Virus record (IMG/VR): IMGVR_UViG_3300037486_000366
Span: 1-61,175 of that record
Direction: 5' to 3' (one strand)
Source of the DNA: a virus
Taxonomy: Duplodnaviria > Caudoviricetes
Length of the DNA stretch: 61,175 nucleotides
The stretch's first letter is position 1, and the number at the start of each line of letters is the position of its first letter. Below are positions 17,248 through 26,147 of the stretch, one piece after another. The notes beneath the pieces are model-generated. The model saw only the letters and a program-made list of their open reading frames with translations. It made no database searches and was not told the DNA's origin. Both the position numbers and the translations under genes were made by a program.

Positions 17248-17973
17248 ATGTTAAAGCCAAAGGAACTAGACATTGAAGGACTAAAGACACTAATCATTAC
17301 TGAATTAGCTTCTATCGAACGTGTGGGTATTGATAAGTTACTTGTTTATCTTACTAAAGACACAGATTATTTTACAGCTCCATCATCAGCTTCGTTTCAT
17401 TATGCTTTTCCTGGTGGTCTTGCTGCCCATTCATGGAATGTTTTTAATTTACTAACAGCTAAAATAGAAATGTTTAATATCCCTGTTCAGACTGATAGCA
17501 TTTCTATTGTAGCTTTACTTCATGACCTCTGTAAAGTAAACTTTTATGAGGTAGATAATGATCCACCGAGTGATGCTCAAATAAAATATCTACGTGATCT
17601 AGCGAAACGAGAATATTATCAGATTCCCCCTGATCATATGACAAAGGGGTATGTTAGTTCCTTAATAAATTTCTATAAGAATGGAGGAGAGAAACCTGAA
17701 TTCAAAACTACGTATAAGTTTAATGATCAGTTTCCTATGGGACATGGAGAAAAAAGTGTTATCCTTGCACAAAACTATATCCAATTACGTGATGAAGAAG
17801 CCATTGCTATACGTTGGCATATGGTTGCTTTTGACGCTGGTATTCATTTTAATTACCCAAGTGGTTTTCCATTCAGACAAGCTGTTGAAAAATATGCACT
17901 GGTTACTCTCCTCGCCACTGCAGACATGGAAGCTTCTAATATCTTAGAAAGTGAGAGAGAATATAAGGAATAA
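17248..17973 (+). CDS. HD-domain phosphohydrolase
   Basis: APSS..FH....GGLAAHS, LLHDLCK, GHGEKS, AIRWHM, AD. Confidence 0.88.
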   Translation: MLKPKELDIEGLKTLIITELASIERVGIDKLLVYLTKDTDYFTAPSSASFHYAFPGGLAAHSWNVFNLLTAKIEMFNIPVQTDSISIVALLHDLCKVNFYEVDNDPPSDAQIKYLRDLAKREYYQIPPDHMTKGYVSSLINFYKNGGEKPEFKTTYKFNDQFPMGHGEKSVILAQNYIQLRDEEAIAIRWHMVAFDAGIHFNYPSGFPFRQAVEKYALVTLLATADMEASNILESEREYKE

Positions 17974-18078
17974 TTTTTAGCGGTCTATCAAGGCCTGGGG
18001 CATGGGAGCCGGTGATCTAAGTTCGTCCTCGCACTGTGGTAGAAAGCGAAACAGGAGTCAGGAGCCGGTGCTAAAAAT
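17973..18078. other. GC-rich intergenic element, possible structured RNA
   Basis: Closed by ATTTTTAGC/GCTAAAAAT inverted ends; internal GGAGCCGGTG direct repeat at 18005 and 18061. Confidence 0.3.
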
Positions 18079-18117
18079 AAATAGTTAAGTAATATATCAT
18101 AATTTATTTTTGTGTAA

Positions 18118-18154
18118 CTTCTAGGTTTACTTATGGTAAAACATATGATATATT
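18118..18154 (+). promoter_or_regulatory. Phage promoter family member upstream of DNA polymerase
   Basis: CTTCT-AGG-TTTACT 18126-18131, N17, TGn-TATATT 18149-18154. Confidence 0.7.
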
Positions 18155-18187
18155 ATTTATATTAGAAAGAAGAATGAAAGGCATATT

Positions 18188-20035
18188 ATGTGGTTACCAC
18201 CAACTGAATTACCTAGTCTTGAGTCAGCTAAAAAAATATCTATTGATATAGAAACCCGTGACCCTCATCTTAAAGAAAAGGGACCTGGTACCTTTCGCAA
18301 AGATGGCTATATCGTTGGTATTGCTGTTAATACAGGTGATGGGTATAAACAGTACTTTCCTGTTGGCCATGATAATGGGGGAAACTTAGATAAGCAGGTT
18401 GTTTATTCCTGGTTAAATGATGAGTTATCACGTGATTGGCAACCAAAAGTAGGGGCTCGTATATCTTATGATATGGAATGGTTATGGCAAGCAGGGGTAC
18501 AAATTAAAGGTCCTAAGTATGATGTAACAATTGCCGAAGCCCTATTAAATGAAAATAAGTTTAGGTATAACTTAGATAGTATTGCTGCAGAGCGTTTAGG
18601 TAAGCATAAATTTAATCAAGAATTAATTCAAGTCGCTTCTCGATACAAAATAAAACCAGACAAAGTTAAACAGCACATGAATATCTATACCCCACAGGAG
18701 GTTGCTCCTTATGCAATTGAAGACACAGAATTACCTCTTGAAATTTTTGCACAGCAGGAAATTGAACTTAAAGATCAGGAATTATGGCCTTTATTTATTC
18801 TGGAAACTAATCTCCTTGACTGTCTTCTTGCAATGCGTCTTCGTGGAGTTCCTATTGACGTCAGAAGAGCTGAGCAATTACAAGAAGAATTTATTCTTCG
18901 TGAAAAAACGATGCAAGAATATCTCAATTCTTTTGCCGGTTGCTCTATCCAAATCTGGGCTGCTGACTCGATTTCAAGAGCGTTTGATATTGCAAATATT
19001 CCATACCCTAGAACACCAAAGACTAATAAACCGTCTTTTACAAAGGACTGGCTTGAAAACCATCAATCAGAACTTGCCAGATTAATACTAGAACTTCGTC
19101 AAGTTCATAGATTACGAAACTCGTTTATTGAAAAAATGATTCTTGAACATAGTATCAATGGTCGTATTCATCCAGAGTTTCATCCTGTTAAACATGATGA
19201 AGGTGGAACTGTAAGTGGTAGGTTTAGCTCAAGTAATCCTAACCTTCAACAAGTTCCTATACGTCACCCAGTTTATGGGCCATTGATTCGTAGTTTATTT
19301 ATTCCTGAACATGGGGGTGAGTGGAACAAGAATGACTATAGTCAGCAAGAACCAAGGTTAACAGTTCACTATGCTTATTTAAGAGGTTATCCTGGTGCTC
19401 AAGAAGCTAGAGATCGTTATATCGCTGATCCAAATACCGATTATCATACGTTCACAGCAGAGCTTTGTAATTGTGAAAGACGTCTTGCAAAAGATATTAA
19501 CCTTGGTCTAGCATATGGTATGGGTATCGAGAAAATGGCAGCAAAATTAAATTTGCCTATTGATACTACAAAAACCTTGTACCAAATGTATCATAAAAAA
19601 ATTAGGTATATGAAACCACTTGCTATTGATTTAATGAATCTTGCTGCTACTAGAGGATACATTAAAACAATTTTAAATAGACGTAGACGCTTTGATTCAT
19701 GGGTTCCACCTGGGAAGCATGAAGAAAAAATAATTCCTTTGCCTTATGAAGAAGCAAAAGAAAAATGGGGACTTCCACTTAAACGTGCATTTACACATAA
19801 AGCACTAAATGGTTTGATACAAGGGTCTGCTGCTGATATGATTAAAAAAGCAATGTTAGATTGTTATCATGCAGGATACGTCCCACATTTAACTGTACAT
19901 GATGAGCTTGATCTTACAACTAATAGTCCAAAAGAAAGACTTATGATAAAAGATATTATGCTTAATGCATTAAAATTAGAAGTTCCTTTGAAAGTAGATT
20001 CCTTTGTTGCTAAGAATTGGGGGGAATGTAAATGA
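18188..20035 (+). CDS. polA: Family A DNA polymerase with 3'-5' exonuclease domain
   Basis: ExoI DIET, TVSGRFSSSNPNLQQ, motif A DYSQQEPR, motif B KDINLGLAYGMG, motif C VHDE; no 5' nuclease domain. Confidence 0.96.
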   Translation: MWLPPTELPSLESAKKISIDIETRDPHLKEKGPGTFRKDGYIVGIAVNTGDGYKQYFPVGHDNGGNLDKQVVYSWLNDELSRDWQPKVGARISYDMEWLWQAGVQIKGPKYDVTIAEALLNENKFRYNLDSIAAERLGKHKFNQELIQVASRYKIKPDKVKQHMNIYTPQEVAPYAIEDTELPLEIFAQQEIELKDQELWPLFILETNLLDCLLAMRLRGVPIDVRRAEQLQEEFILREKTMQEYLNSFAGCSIQIWAADSISRAFDIANIPYPRTPKTNKPSFTKDWLENHQSELARLILELRQVHRLRNSFIEKMILEHSINGRIHPEFHPVKHDEGGTVSGRFSSSNPNLQQVPIRHPVYGPLIRSLFIPEHGGEWNKNDYSQQEPRLTVHYAYLRGYPGAQEARDRYIADPNTDYHTFTAELCNCERRLAKDINLGLAYGMGIEKMAAKLNLPIDTTKTLYQMYHKKIRYMKPLAIDLMNLAATRGYIKTILNRRRRFDSWVPPGKHEEKIIPLPYEEAKEKWGLPLKRAFTHKALNGLIQGSAADMIKKAMLDCYHAGYVPHLTVHDELDLTTNSPKERLMIKDIMLNALKLEVPLKVDSFVAKNWGECK

Positions 20036-20181
20036 AATACTATAGGACAGAAGGTAACTATTGTCTTGCTTGTGGTAGATTATTTATAGGTACACAACAA
20101 GGTTATATATATGATTTCTATTGTTTAAGGCCGTGTTTGCCAGTAATAGATGACTGTTTCGTTTTAACAAGTGGAATATAA
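20032..20181 (+). CDS. Small Cys-rich hypothetical protein (49 aa; not in ORF track)
   Basis: Overlaps the polA stop; CLACG...CLRPC. Confidence 0.45.
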   Translation: MKYYRTEGNYCLACGRLFIGTQQGYIYDFYCLRPCLPVIDDCFVLTSGI

Positions 20182-20184
20182 ATA

Positions 20185-20439
20185 ATGGAAAATATAACAA
20201 AACAAATAGAAGTTCCTGAATACGAAGTTATTAGTAATGGAAACTATATTTTAAGCTATGAAACTGCTTACCTTTTAGCCCTTGATAAACTAAAAACTAT
20301 GCTTGAAGAAGAAGGATACATACTTATAAAAGCAAAAAATTCTGCCGTACAATATGAAATTTTTGCTAAAAATTTTATTGTTAAGTTTGAATGTTTAGTT
20401 GACAGCATACCTTATTTTAATGTATGGGGGGTTATATGA
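20185..20439 (+). CDS. Hypothetical protein
   Basis: ORF within the operon. Confidence 0.6.
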   Translation: MENITKQIEVPEYEVISNGNYILSYETAYLLALDKLKTMLEEEGYILIKAKNSAVQYEIFAKNFIVKFECLVDSIPYFNVWGVI

Positions 20440-20879
20440 CAGAAAAAGAAATGTGGGCAACACTATATACTCAATTAAAAAAAGATTGTTCAATGACAAG
20501 ATTAGAAAATGCTGTATCTTTTGGTATACCTGATTTAATTATTGGTTATATGAACAGATCTTTTTGGGTAGAAACTAAAATTGATAAAGGTGGTTTCTTT
20601 CTAATTCGTCCGAGTCAGATAGCATGGCACATAAAACATATACAGTGCAATTGTCTGGATGCTTATTTTCTAGTCTATATGAAAAACGAAGCATATAGAC
20701 TTTACTTAGCAAAAGATTTATTGCAATTTGAAAATTTAGAATCTTATGGAAATGTAACGCGAGTTTTACTACGTGATTATATTACATGGTTTCAAACATT
20801 AGACCCGCGTGGGTTAAAAGGAATATTAAATTATATGTTTATTTGTACAAAAGAATTTGATGGGAAAGGAAGTGATTAA
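20436..20879 (+). CDS. VRR-NUC / Holliday-junction-resolvase-like PD-(D/E)XK nuclease
   Basis: RLEN...GIPDL...WVETK...RPSQIAWH. Confidence 0.8.
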   Translation: MTEKEMWATLYTQLKKDCSMTRLENAVSFGIPDLIIGYMNRSFWVETKIDKGGFFLIRPSQIAWHIKHIQCNCLDAYFLVYMKNEAYRLYLAKDLLQFENLESYGNVTRVLLRDYITWFQTLDPRGLKGILNYMFICTKEFDGKGSD

Positions 20880-21207
20880 TTTGGTTTTTGTCATCCAGGA
20901 AAATGCAACAAAGAATATCTCACCAGCACTAGAATATGGTGAACTAAAAATTCTTTTACCACCAGGTCAGGTGACCTTTTCTCCCGGTCCTAGTATCGCT
21001 AGGTTACGACGTGGGTTAAAGAATTTTAGTGATAATGATTATTTACTCTGTATTGGAGACCCAATAGCGATAGGTATGGCTTCAATTATTGCGGCAGAAA
21101 ATAATGCTGGTAGAGTAAAATATCTGAAGTGGGATAATCAGGAACACCGTTACTTACCTATTACAGTTGATGTAAATTTCGCTAGAAAGGAGATTGATAA
21201 TGACTGA
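20860..21207 (+). CDS. Conserved phage replication-module protein of unknown function
   Basis: VFVIQE...A.EYGEL...DYLL.IGDP...LKWD...Y pattern common in PolA/UvrD phage modules. Confidence 0.7.
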   Translation: MGKEVINLVFVIQENATKNISPALEYGELKILLPPGQVTFSPGPSIARLRRGLKNFSDNDYLLCIGDPIAIGMASIIAAENNAGRVKYLKWDNQEHRYLPITVDVNFARKEIDND

Positions 21208-21778
21208 TTTTATAGATGAGCTTGCAGCTGATTCATTAAATATACCAGAAGTAGATGATCTTTCACTTTTAACTGAATTAGTTAAAAAGCATCTTACAAT
21301 AGAAAATGAAATTGAAATGATGGTATATGAACTAGCAATAAAGCAAGGGGAACTTCGAAACTTATCTGAAAAAATAATTCCTGAAATTTTTGAACGGTTA
21401 AATCTTGAAGAAATCAAACTTAATAATGGCGTAAAAGTTAATGTAAAACCATTTTATGCTGGGACTATTACCGCAGAAAATCAACCTGCTGCGTTTACTT
21501 GGTTAAAGGAAAATGAGCATGATGATTTAATTAAGAACGAATTAAAGTTAACGTTCGGAAAGGGGGAAGAGGAAACTTGTTTAGGTCTAATGGAATCATT
21601 AGAAGTAGCAGGGTATAACTTTGTTAATAAGAAATCAGTCCACCCACAAACATTAAAAGCATTTATTAAAGAACAAATTGAAGCGGGTAATAAGGAATTT
21701 TCAAGCGCAATGGACCTTTTTAGTGTTCATATTGGGAAACAAACAAAGATTAAAATTCCAAAAGGAGGAATAGTTTAA
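21200..21778 (+). CDS. Conserved phage protein upstream of SSB
   Basis: AF.WL.EN.H.DLIKN, VHPQTLKAFIKEQ. Confidence 0.75.
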   Translation: MTDFIDELAADSLNIPEVDDLSLLTELVKKHLTIENEIEMMVYELAIKQGELRNLSEKIIPEIFERLNLEEIKLNNGVKVNVKPFYAGTITAENQPAAFTWLKENEHDDLIKNELKLTFGKGEEETCLGLMESLEVAGYNFVNKKSVHPQTLKAFIKEQIEAGNKEFSSAMDLFSVHIGKQTKIKIPKGGIV

Positions 21779-22569
21779 TGGCCAAAGTAAAAGATAAAGA
21801 AGTATTGGTAAAAGAAACTTATAGTAGTCAAGCGTTAGTAATTGAAGATATGGTTACTGATGCAGAATTAGGACTAGAGGACATTGGTGCTGGTGATGTA
21901 GCTCTTCCTTTTCTATCTATTTTACAATCAGGAAGTCCACAAGTAAAACGTGGTGAACAACAAGTTGAAGGAGCAGTTGAAGGTGACGTCTTTAACACTG
22001 TTACTCTTGATGTTTACAATGGTGAAGAAGGTATTTTCGTTGTCCCTTGTATGTATAAGAAAGCATATGTTGAATGGAAACCAAGAGAAGCAGGTGGTGG
22101 TTTTGTAATGCAACATGAAAGTGAACATGTAATGCAGCAAACAAGAAAAGATGCAAAGGGCAGAGACATGCTTGAAAATGGAAACATTATAGTTCCTACT
22201 GCTTATCACTATGTTTTACTTATTAATCCAGTTTCAGGAGATTCAACTCGTACAGTAATAGGTATGAGTAGTACACAGTTAAAGAAATCTAGACGCTGGA
22301 ATGCAGTAATGACAACCTTAAAACTTCAACGTAATGATGGGACCAAGTTTACACCAGCAATGTTTTCTCACATGTATAAATTAACAACTGAAGCTGAGTC
22401 AAATGAACTTGGTGCTTGGTCAGGGTGGAAAATAGAAATTGCTGGTTTAGTTCCTTCTAAAGAAATATATGCTTCTGCTAAAAAATATTCAGCAGATCTA
22501 AAATCAGGAGCTATCAGAGAAGCTGCTCCCCCGCGAACTGACTTTCAGGACAGCGATGCGCCGTACTAA
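21778..22569 (+). CDS. Putative single-stranded DNA-binding/annealing protein
   Basis: LPFL.ILQ..SPQ, YVEW.PR..GGG, M.STQLKKSRRWN; acidic tail ending in an aromatic residue (DSDAPY). Confidence 0.7.
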   Translation: MAKVKDKEVLVKETYSSQALVIEDMVTDAELGLEDIGAGDVALPFLSILQSGSPQVKRGEQQVEGAVEGDVFNTVTLDVYNGEEGIFVVPCMYKKAYVEWKPREAGGGFVMQHESEHVMQQTRKDAKGRDMLENGNIIVPTAYHYVLLINPVSGDSTRTVIGMSSTQLKKSRRWNAVMTTLKLQRNDGTKFTPAMFSHMYKLTTEAESNELGAWSGWKIEIAGLVPSKEIYASAKKYSADLKSGAIREAAPPRTDFQDSDAPY

Positions 22570-22583
22570 AGTCAGTGTATATA

Positions 22584-22610
22584 GGGCTCCAGTAATAAAA
22601 GCTGGAGCCC
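22584..22610 (+). terminator. Intergenic hairpin after SSB gene
   Basis: GGGCTCCAG-N9-CTGGAGCCC perfect 9-bp stem. Confidence 0.55.
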
Positions 22611-22635
22611 ATTTGCTTATCATAAGGGGAGAACA

Positions 22636-24150
22636 ATGTACGAGATTGCGACTGGATTTCTTGAGCTATTTAACGGTTATGATAAAGCTTATGGTATATA
22701 TAAAGTTGAACAAACAACTTCTTCTGGTAAAGCAAAGGGACAAGCTTCCACAATTGTTGCGGACGTAACACCTGAATTATGGGTTAAACATTTAACAGGT
22801 AAACAAGGTATAGGAATAATTCCTATCAAGAATGATAATACCTGTTACTTTGGGGCCATTGATATAGACATAATCGGTGTTAATTTCGTAGAAATAATAA
22901 AAAAGCTTAAGCGCCATAACTTTCCATTTGTCCCCTGTCGTTCTAAGTCAGGTGGATGTCACCTATTTATCTTTTTAGCTTCACCTGTATCTGCTAAAAT
23001 AATGCAAACAAAGCTTCGTGAAATGGCAGCTACCCTTGGTTATGGTAACTCTGAAATATTCCCAAAGCAAATAGAAGTTTTAACTGAACGTGGTGATCTG
23101 GGTCAGTGGATTAACATGCCTTATTTTAATGATCTACGTGGGTTACGATATGCAGTCAATGAAATAGGTGAAGCATTATCAATCGCGGATTTTCTTTCTT
23201 TAGCGTATAAATCAAGAATAACAGTAGATGAATTTGCCGCGATACAAGTAGAAATTATAAGTGATGAAATTACAGATGGTCCACCTTGTCTTCAATATCT
23301 TATAACACAAGGTTTTCAAGAAGGTATGCGTAACAACGGACTATTTAATATAGGTGTGTATGCAAGAAAAGCTTTTCCAGATGAATGGGAAAAGAAAACA
23401 GAGGAATATAACCAGATGTTTATGATTCCTGCCTTACTTTCCTCTGAAGTTCAGCAAGTATTAAAATCAGTAAAAAAGAAAACTTACATCTATACATGTA
23501 ACCAAGCACCAATAAATGCTTTTTGTAATAAGGCTTTATGCATCACTAGAAAATATGGTATTGGCCCTGATATGTCTTTACCTAATCTAAGCAACTTAAC
23601 AAAGTTTAATTCAAATCCACCTATTTGGTTTATTGACGTTGAAGGTGCTGGAAGAATGGAATTAACAACAGAAGATTTACAGACACAAGAAAGATTTCAA
23701 CGACGCTGTATAGAAGCCTTGAACATGATGCCCCCAATAATCAATAAAATGACGTGGCAACAAATTGTTCAGAGGTTATTAGATACAGTAGTATTAATTA
23801 TTGCTCCAGCTGATGCTTCACCTTCAGGACAATTAATAGAACACTTAGAAAGATTTTGTACTTCACGTGTACATGCAAGAGATAAGAATGAAATTTTACT
23901 AGGTAAACCATATTCAGAAAACACTCATCATTATTTTAGAATGTCTGATTTTATTTCTTATTTAGATCGTCATCATTTTAAAGAATTTAAGGTGCATAAA
24001 ATTTCTTCAATCATAAAAGAACAACTTAAAGCAGAGCATACTTTTTTAGTTCTTAAAGGGAAGGGGGTGAACGTTTGGAAGGTTCCTGAATTTCAGTTAC
24101 AAGATAGCGACCATGATGTTCCTGATATTAATGATAAGATACCCTTTTAA
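22636..24150 (+). CDS. Archaeo-eukaryotic-type primase with PriCT-like and Cys-rich domains
   Basis: GAIDID, SKSGGCH, EIFPKQ, INMPY; GPPC...GMRNN.LF; YTC...FCNKALC. Confidence 0.82.
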   Translation: MYEIATGFLELFNGYDKAYGIYKVEQTTSSGKAKGQASTIVADVTPELWVKHLTGKQGIGIIPIKNDNTCYFGAIDIDIIGVNFVEIIKKLKRHNFPFVPCRSKSGGCHLFIFLASPVSAKIMQTKLREMAATLGYGNSEIFPKQIEVLTERGDLGQWINMPYFNDLRGLRYAVNEIGEALSIADFLSLAYKSRITVDEFAAIQVEIISDEITDGPPCLQYLITQGFQEGMRNNGLFNIGVYARKAFPDEWEKKTEEYNQMFMIPALLSSEVQQVLKSVKKKTYIYTCNQAPINAFCNKALCITRKYGIGPDMSLPNLSNLTKFNSNPPIWFIDVEGAGRMELTTEDLQTQERFQRRCIEALNMMPPIINKMTWQQIVQRLLDTVVLIIAPADASPSGQLIEHLERFCTSRVHARDKNEILLGKPYSENTHHYFRMSDFISYLDRHHFKEFKVHKISSIIKEQLKAEHTFLVLKGKGVNVWKVPEFQLQDSDHDVPDINDKIPF

Positions 24151-24161
24151 GGAGATGATTA

Positions 24162-24359
24162 ATGTTAACTACTCGTGATATACAATGGCTAGATAAATTC
24201 CGAGGTGCAGCTGACGAGGCTTGGAGCTCCTTAACTACCTGGGAAAAAAGATTTTGTGAAGACGTGCTTGAAAAATATAGGGTACATAAGGAACTTCTTA
24301 CATTGTCTAAGAAACAATGGGAAGTAATTTCTAACATTAGTGAAAAACTAGGTTTATAG
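24162..24359 (+). CDS. Hypothetical protein
   Basis: AAGGAG RBS; LT.WE..F...LS.KQ motif. Confidence 0.7.
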   Translation: MLTTRDIQWLDKFRGAADEAWSSLTTWEKRFCEDVLEKYRVHKELLTLSKKQWEVISNISEKLGL

Positions 24360-24365
24360 GAGGAA

Positions 24366-24635
24366 ATGATGTCATCATTAGATAAAGGCTTCAATCCACT
24401 AGACAATATTAATGTAGAAGCATTAAAACCGATTATATGTGATTGTGGAAACGATTTATTTATACAAAGTTCTATCTTAAGAGATATACCAGTAATACAA
24501 TCACCAACAGGACAACGTACATTAGCTAATATTATAATGGGCTATATGTGTATAGCATGTCACAATGTAGTTACATTTACTGTGGATGCTAAAACAGATC
24601 AATATGTGTGGAAGAAAAAGAAAGAAGCCTCATGA
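24366..24635 (+). CDS. Small zinc-ribbon protein
   Basis: CDCGN...SPTGQ...CIACH. Confidence 0.7.
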   Translation: MMSSLDKGFNPLDNINVEALKPIICDCGNDLFIQSSILRDIPVIQSPTGQRTLANIIMGYMCIACHNVVTFTVDAKTDQYVWKKKKEAS

Positions 24636-26047
24636 ATATAATCTTAGGTCCACCAGGTACAGGAAAAACTACAAGGTTACTAAACCTAGTAGAAGATTAT
24701 CTTGCTAAAGGAGTTCTACCGAAACAAATAGGTTTCTTAGCGTTTACTCGTAAAGCTGCTGATGAAGCAAAAACAAGGGCTAAAGAAAAATTTGGGGTAA
24801 GTGACTCTGGTTTTATGTTCTTTCGTACTATTCATTCTCTAGTTTTTCGTCAACTTGGATTATCTAAGACGCAGATAATGCAGAAGGAACATTATAGAGA
24901 AATTGGAGAATTACTTGGACTAGAAATTAATTGTTATATTGATTTGGAAGAAGGAAACTTAGGTACTGGTACAGCAGAAGGAGACCAGTTAATATTTATT
25001 GATAATCTCGCAAGAGTAAAGATGATACCGTTACGTGATCTATATGATCAAACTACTTATGATGTTGATTGGCAACGTTTACTTCAGTTATCACAAACAA
25101 TTAAAAAATATAAGGAGGCGAAAGGATTAATTGATTTTACGGACATGTTAGAGCTGTTTCTTAAACATGGGGAAATTCCAAAGTTTGATGTTCTGTTTAT
25201 TGATGAAGCCCAAGACTTGAGTATACTACAATGGAAGGTAATCGAGGCAATCATGAAAAATACACCGGAGGTTTACATTTGTGGAGATGATGATCAATCT
25301 ATTTTTCGTTGGGCTGGGGCTGCTACTGACTATTTCATTACTCTTTTGGGGGATATTACGGTGCTTGAGCACTCATGGAGAGTACCACGGAATATACAGC
25401 AAGTTGCTCATGAAATCATTAATCAGGTTAAGTTTCGTCGACCTAAGACGTGGCGACCTCGTTCCGATGGCGGGGAGGTTTTTTATTGGAATGATTTGGA
25501 TTCTATACCTATTGACAGTGGGCATTGGTTATTACTTGGTAGGAACGCTTATTTACTTAAAAGATTGGAAGAGCATTGTATGCGCAATGGTTATTCTTTT
25601 GAAGGTGCTAGGTTTTCCCCCCTCAAGTCTCCTGCATTAAAAGCCATTAAATCGTGGGAAACACTACGTGCTAGTGGAAGTATAACTACTGAAGAAGAAA
25701 AGAGAATGTTTCAATATCGTACTTCTAAAGTTATTCCGAAACATATGGACATATGGCATGTTGAACTAGATAAAATATCTCCTTATGAACGTGAGTATTT
25801 TATTGCAGCAAGACGACGTGGAGAAACCTTGTTAAAGATTCCTCGTATAAAAATTAGTACGATACATGGGGCAAAGGGTGGAGAAGCTCAGAACGTATTA
25901 CTCTTAACAGACATGGCATATAGAACCTACCAGGAAATGCAGCAAAATTATGATGACGAAGCAAGGGTCTTTTATGTAGGAGTAACAAGGGCTAAAGAGA
26001 CTTTACACATTATGGAACCGAGTACGAATTTATATTTCCAATTATAG
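24632..26047 (+). CDS. UvrD/Rep-like superfamily 1 helicase
   Basis: GPPGTGKT, AFTRKAA, IDEAQD, GDDDQSIF, STIHGAKGGE, YVGVTRA. Confidence 0.94.
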   Translation: MNIILGPPGTGKTTRLLNLVEDYLAKGVLPKQIGFLAFTRKAADEAKTRAKEKFGVSDSGFMFFRTIHSLVFRQLGLSKTQIMQKEHYREIGELLGLEINCYIDLEEGNLGTGTAEGDQLIFIDNLARVKMIPLRDLYDQTTYDVDWQRLLQLSQTIKKYKEAKGLIDFTDMLELFLKHGEIPKFDVLFIDEAQDLSILQWKVIEAIMKNTPEVYICGDDDQSIFRWAGAATDYFITLLGDITVLEHSWRVPRNIQQVAHEIINQVKFRRPKTWRPRSDGGEVFYWNDLDSIPIDSGHWLLLGRNAYLLKRLEEHCMRNGYSFEGARFSPLKSPALKAIKSWETLRASGSITTEEEKRMFQYRTSKVIPKHMDIWHVELDKISPYEREYFIAARRRGETLLKIPRIKISTIHGAKGGEAQNVLLLTDMAYRTYQEMQQNYDDEARVFYVGVTRAKETLHIMEPSTNLYFQL

Positions 26048-26147
26048 ATTAGTATAAGGTGGTAAAAACGGATGAAAAAATGAGTCCACAGGACTCCACA
26101 AGTGGTACTTAAAATAAATAATTGATATAGTATATGGGTGAAATTTT

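Noticed and set aside
17973-18078. HDV-like or hammerhead ribozyme, tRNA or SRP RNA
   Set aside because: TCCTCGC and GCGAAAC resemble ribozyme motifs, but I could not build the P1/P2 pairings or a CUGANGA core; no T-arm or SRP loop.
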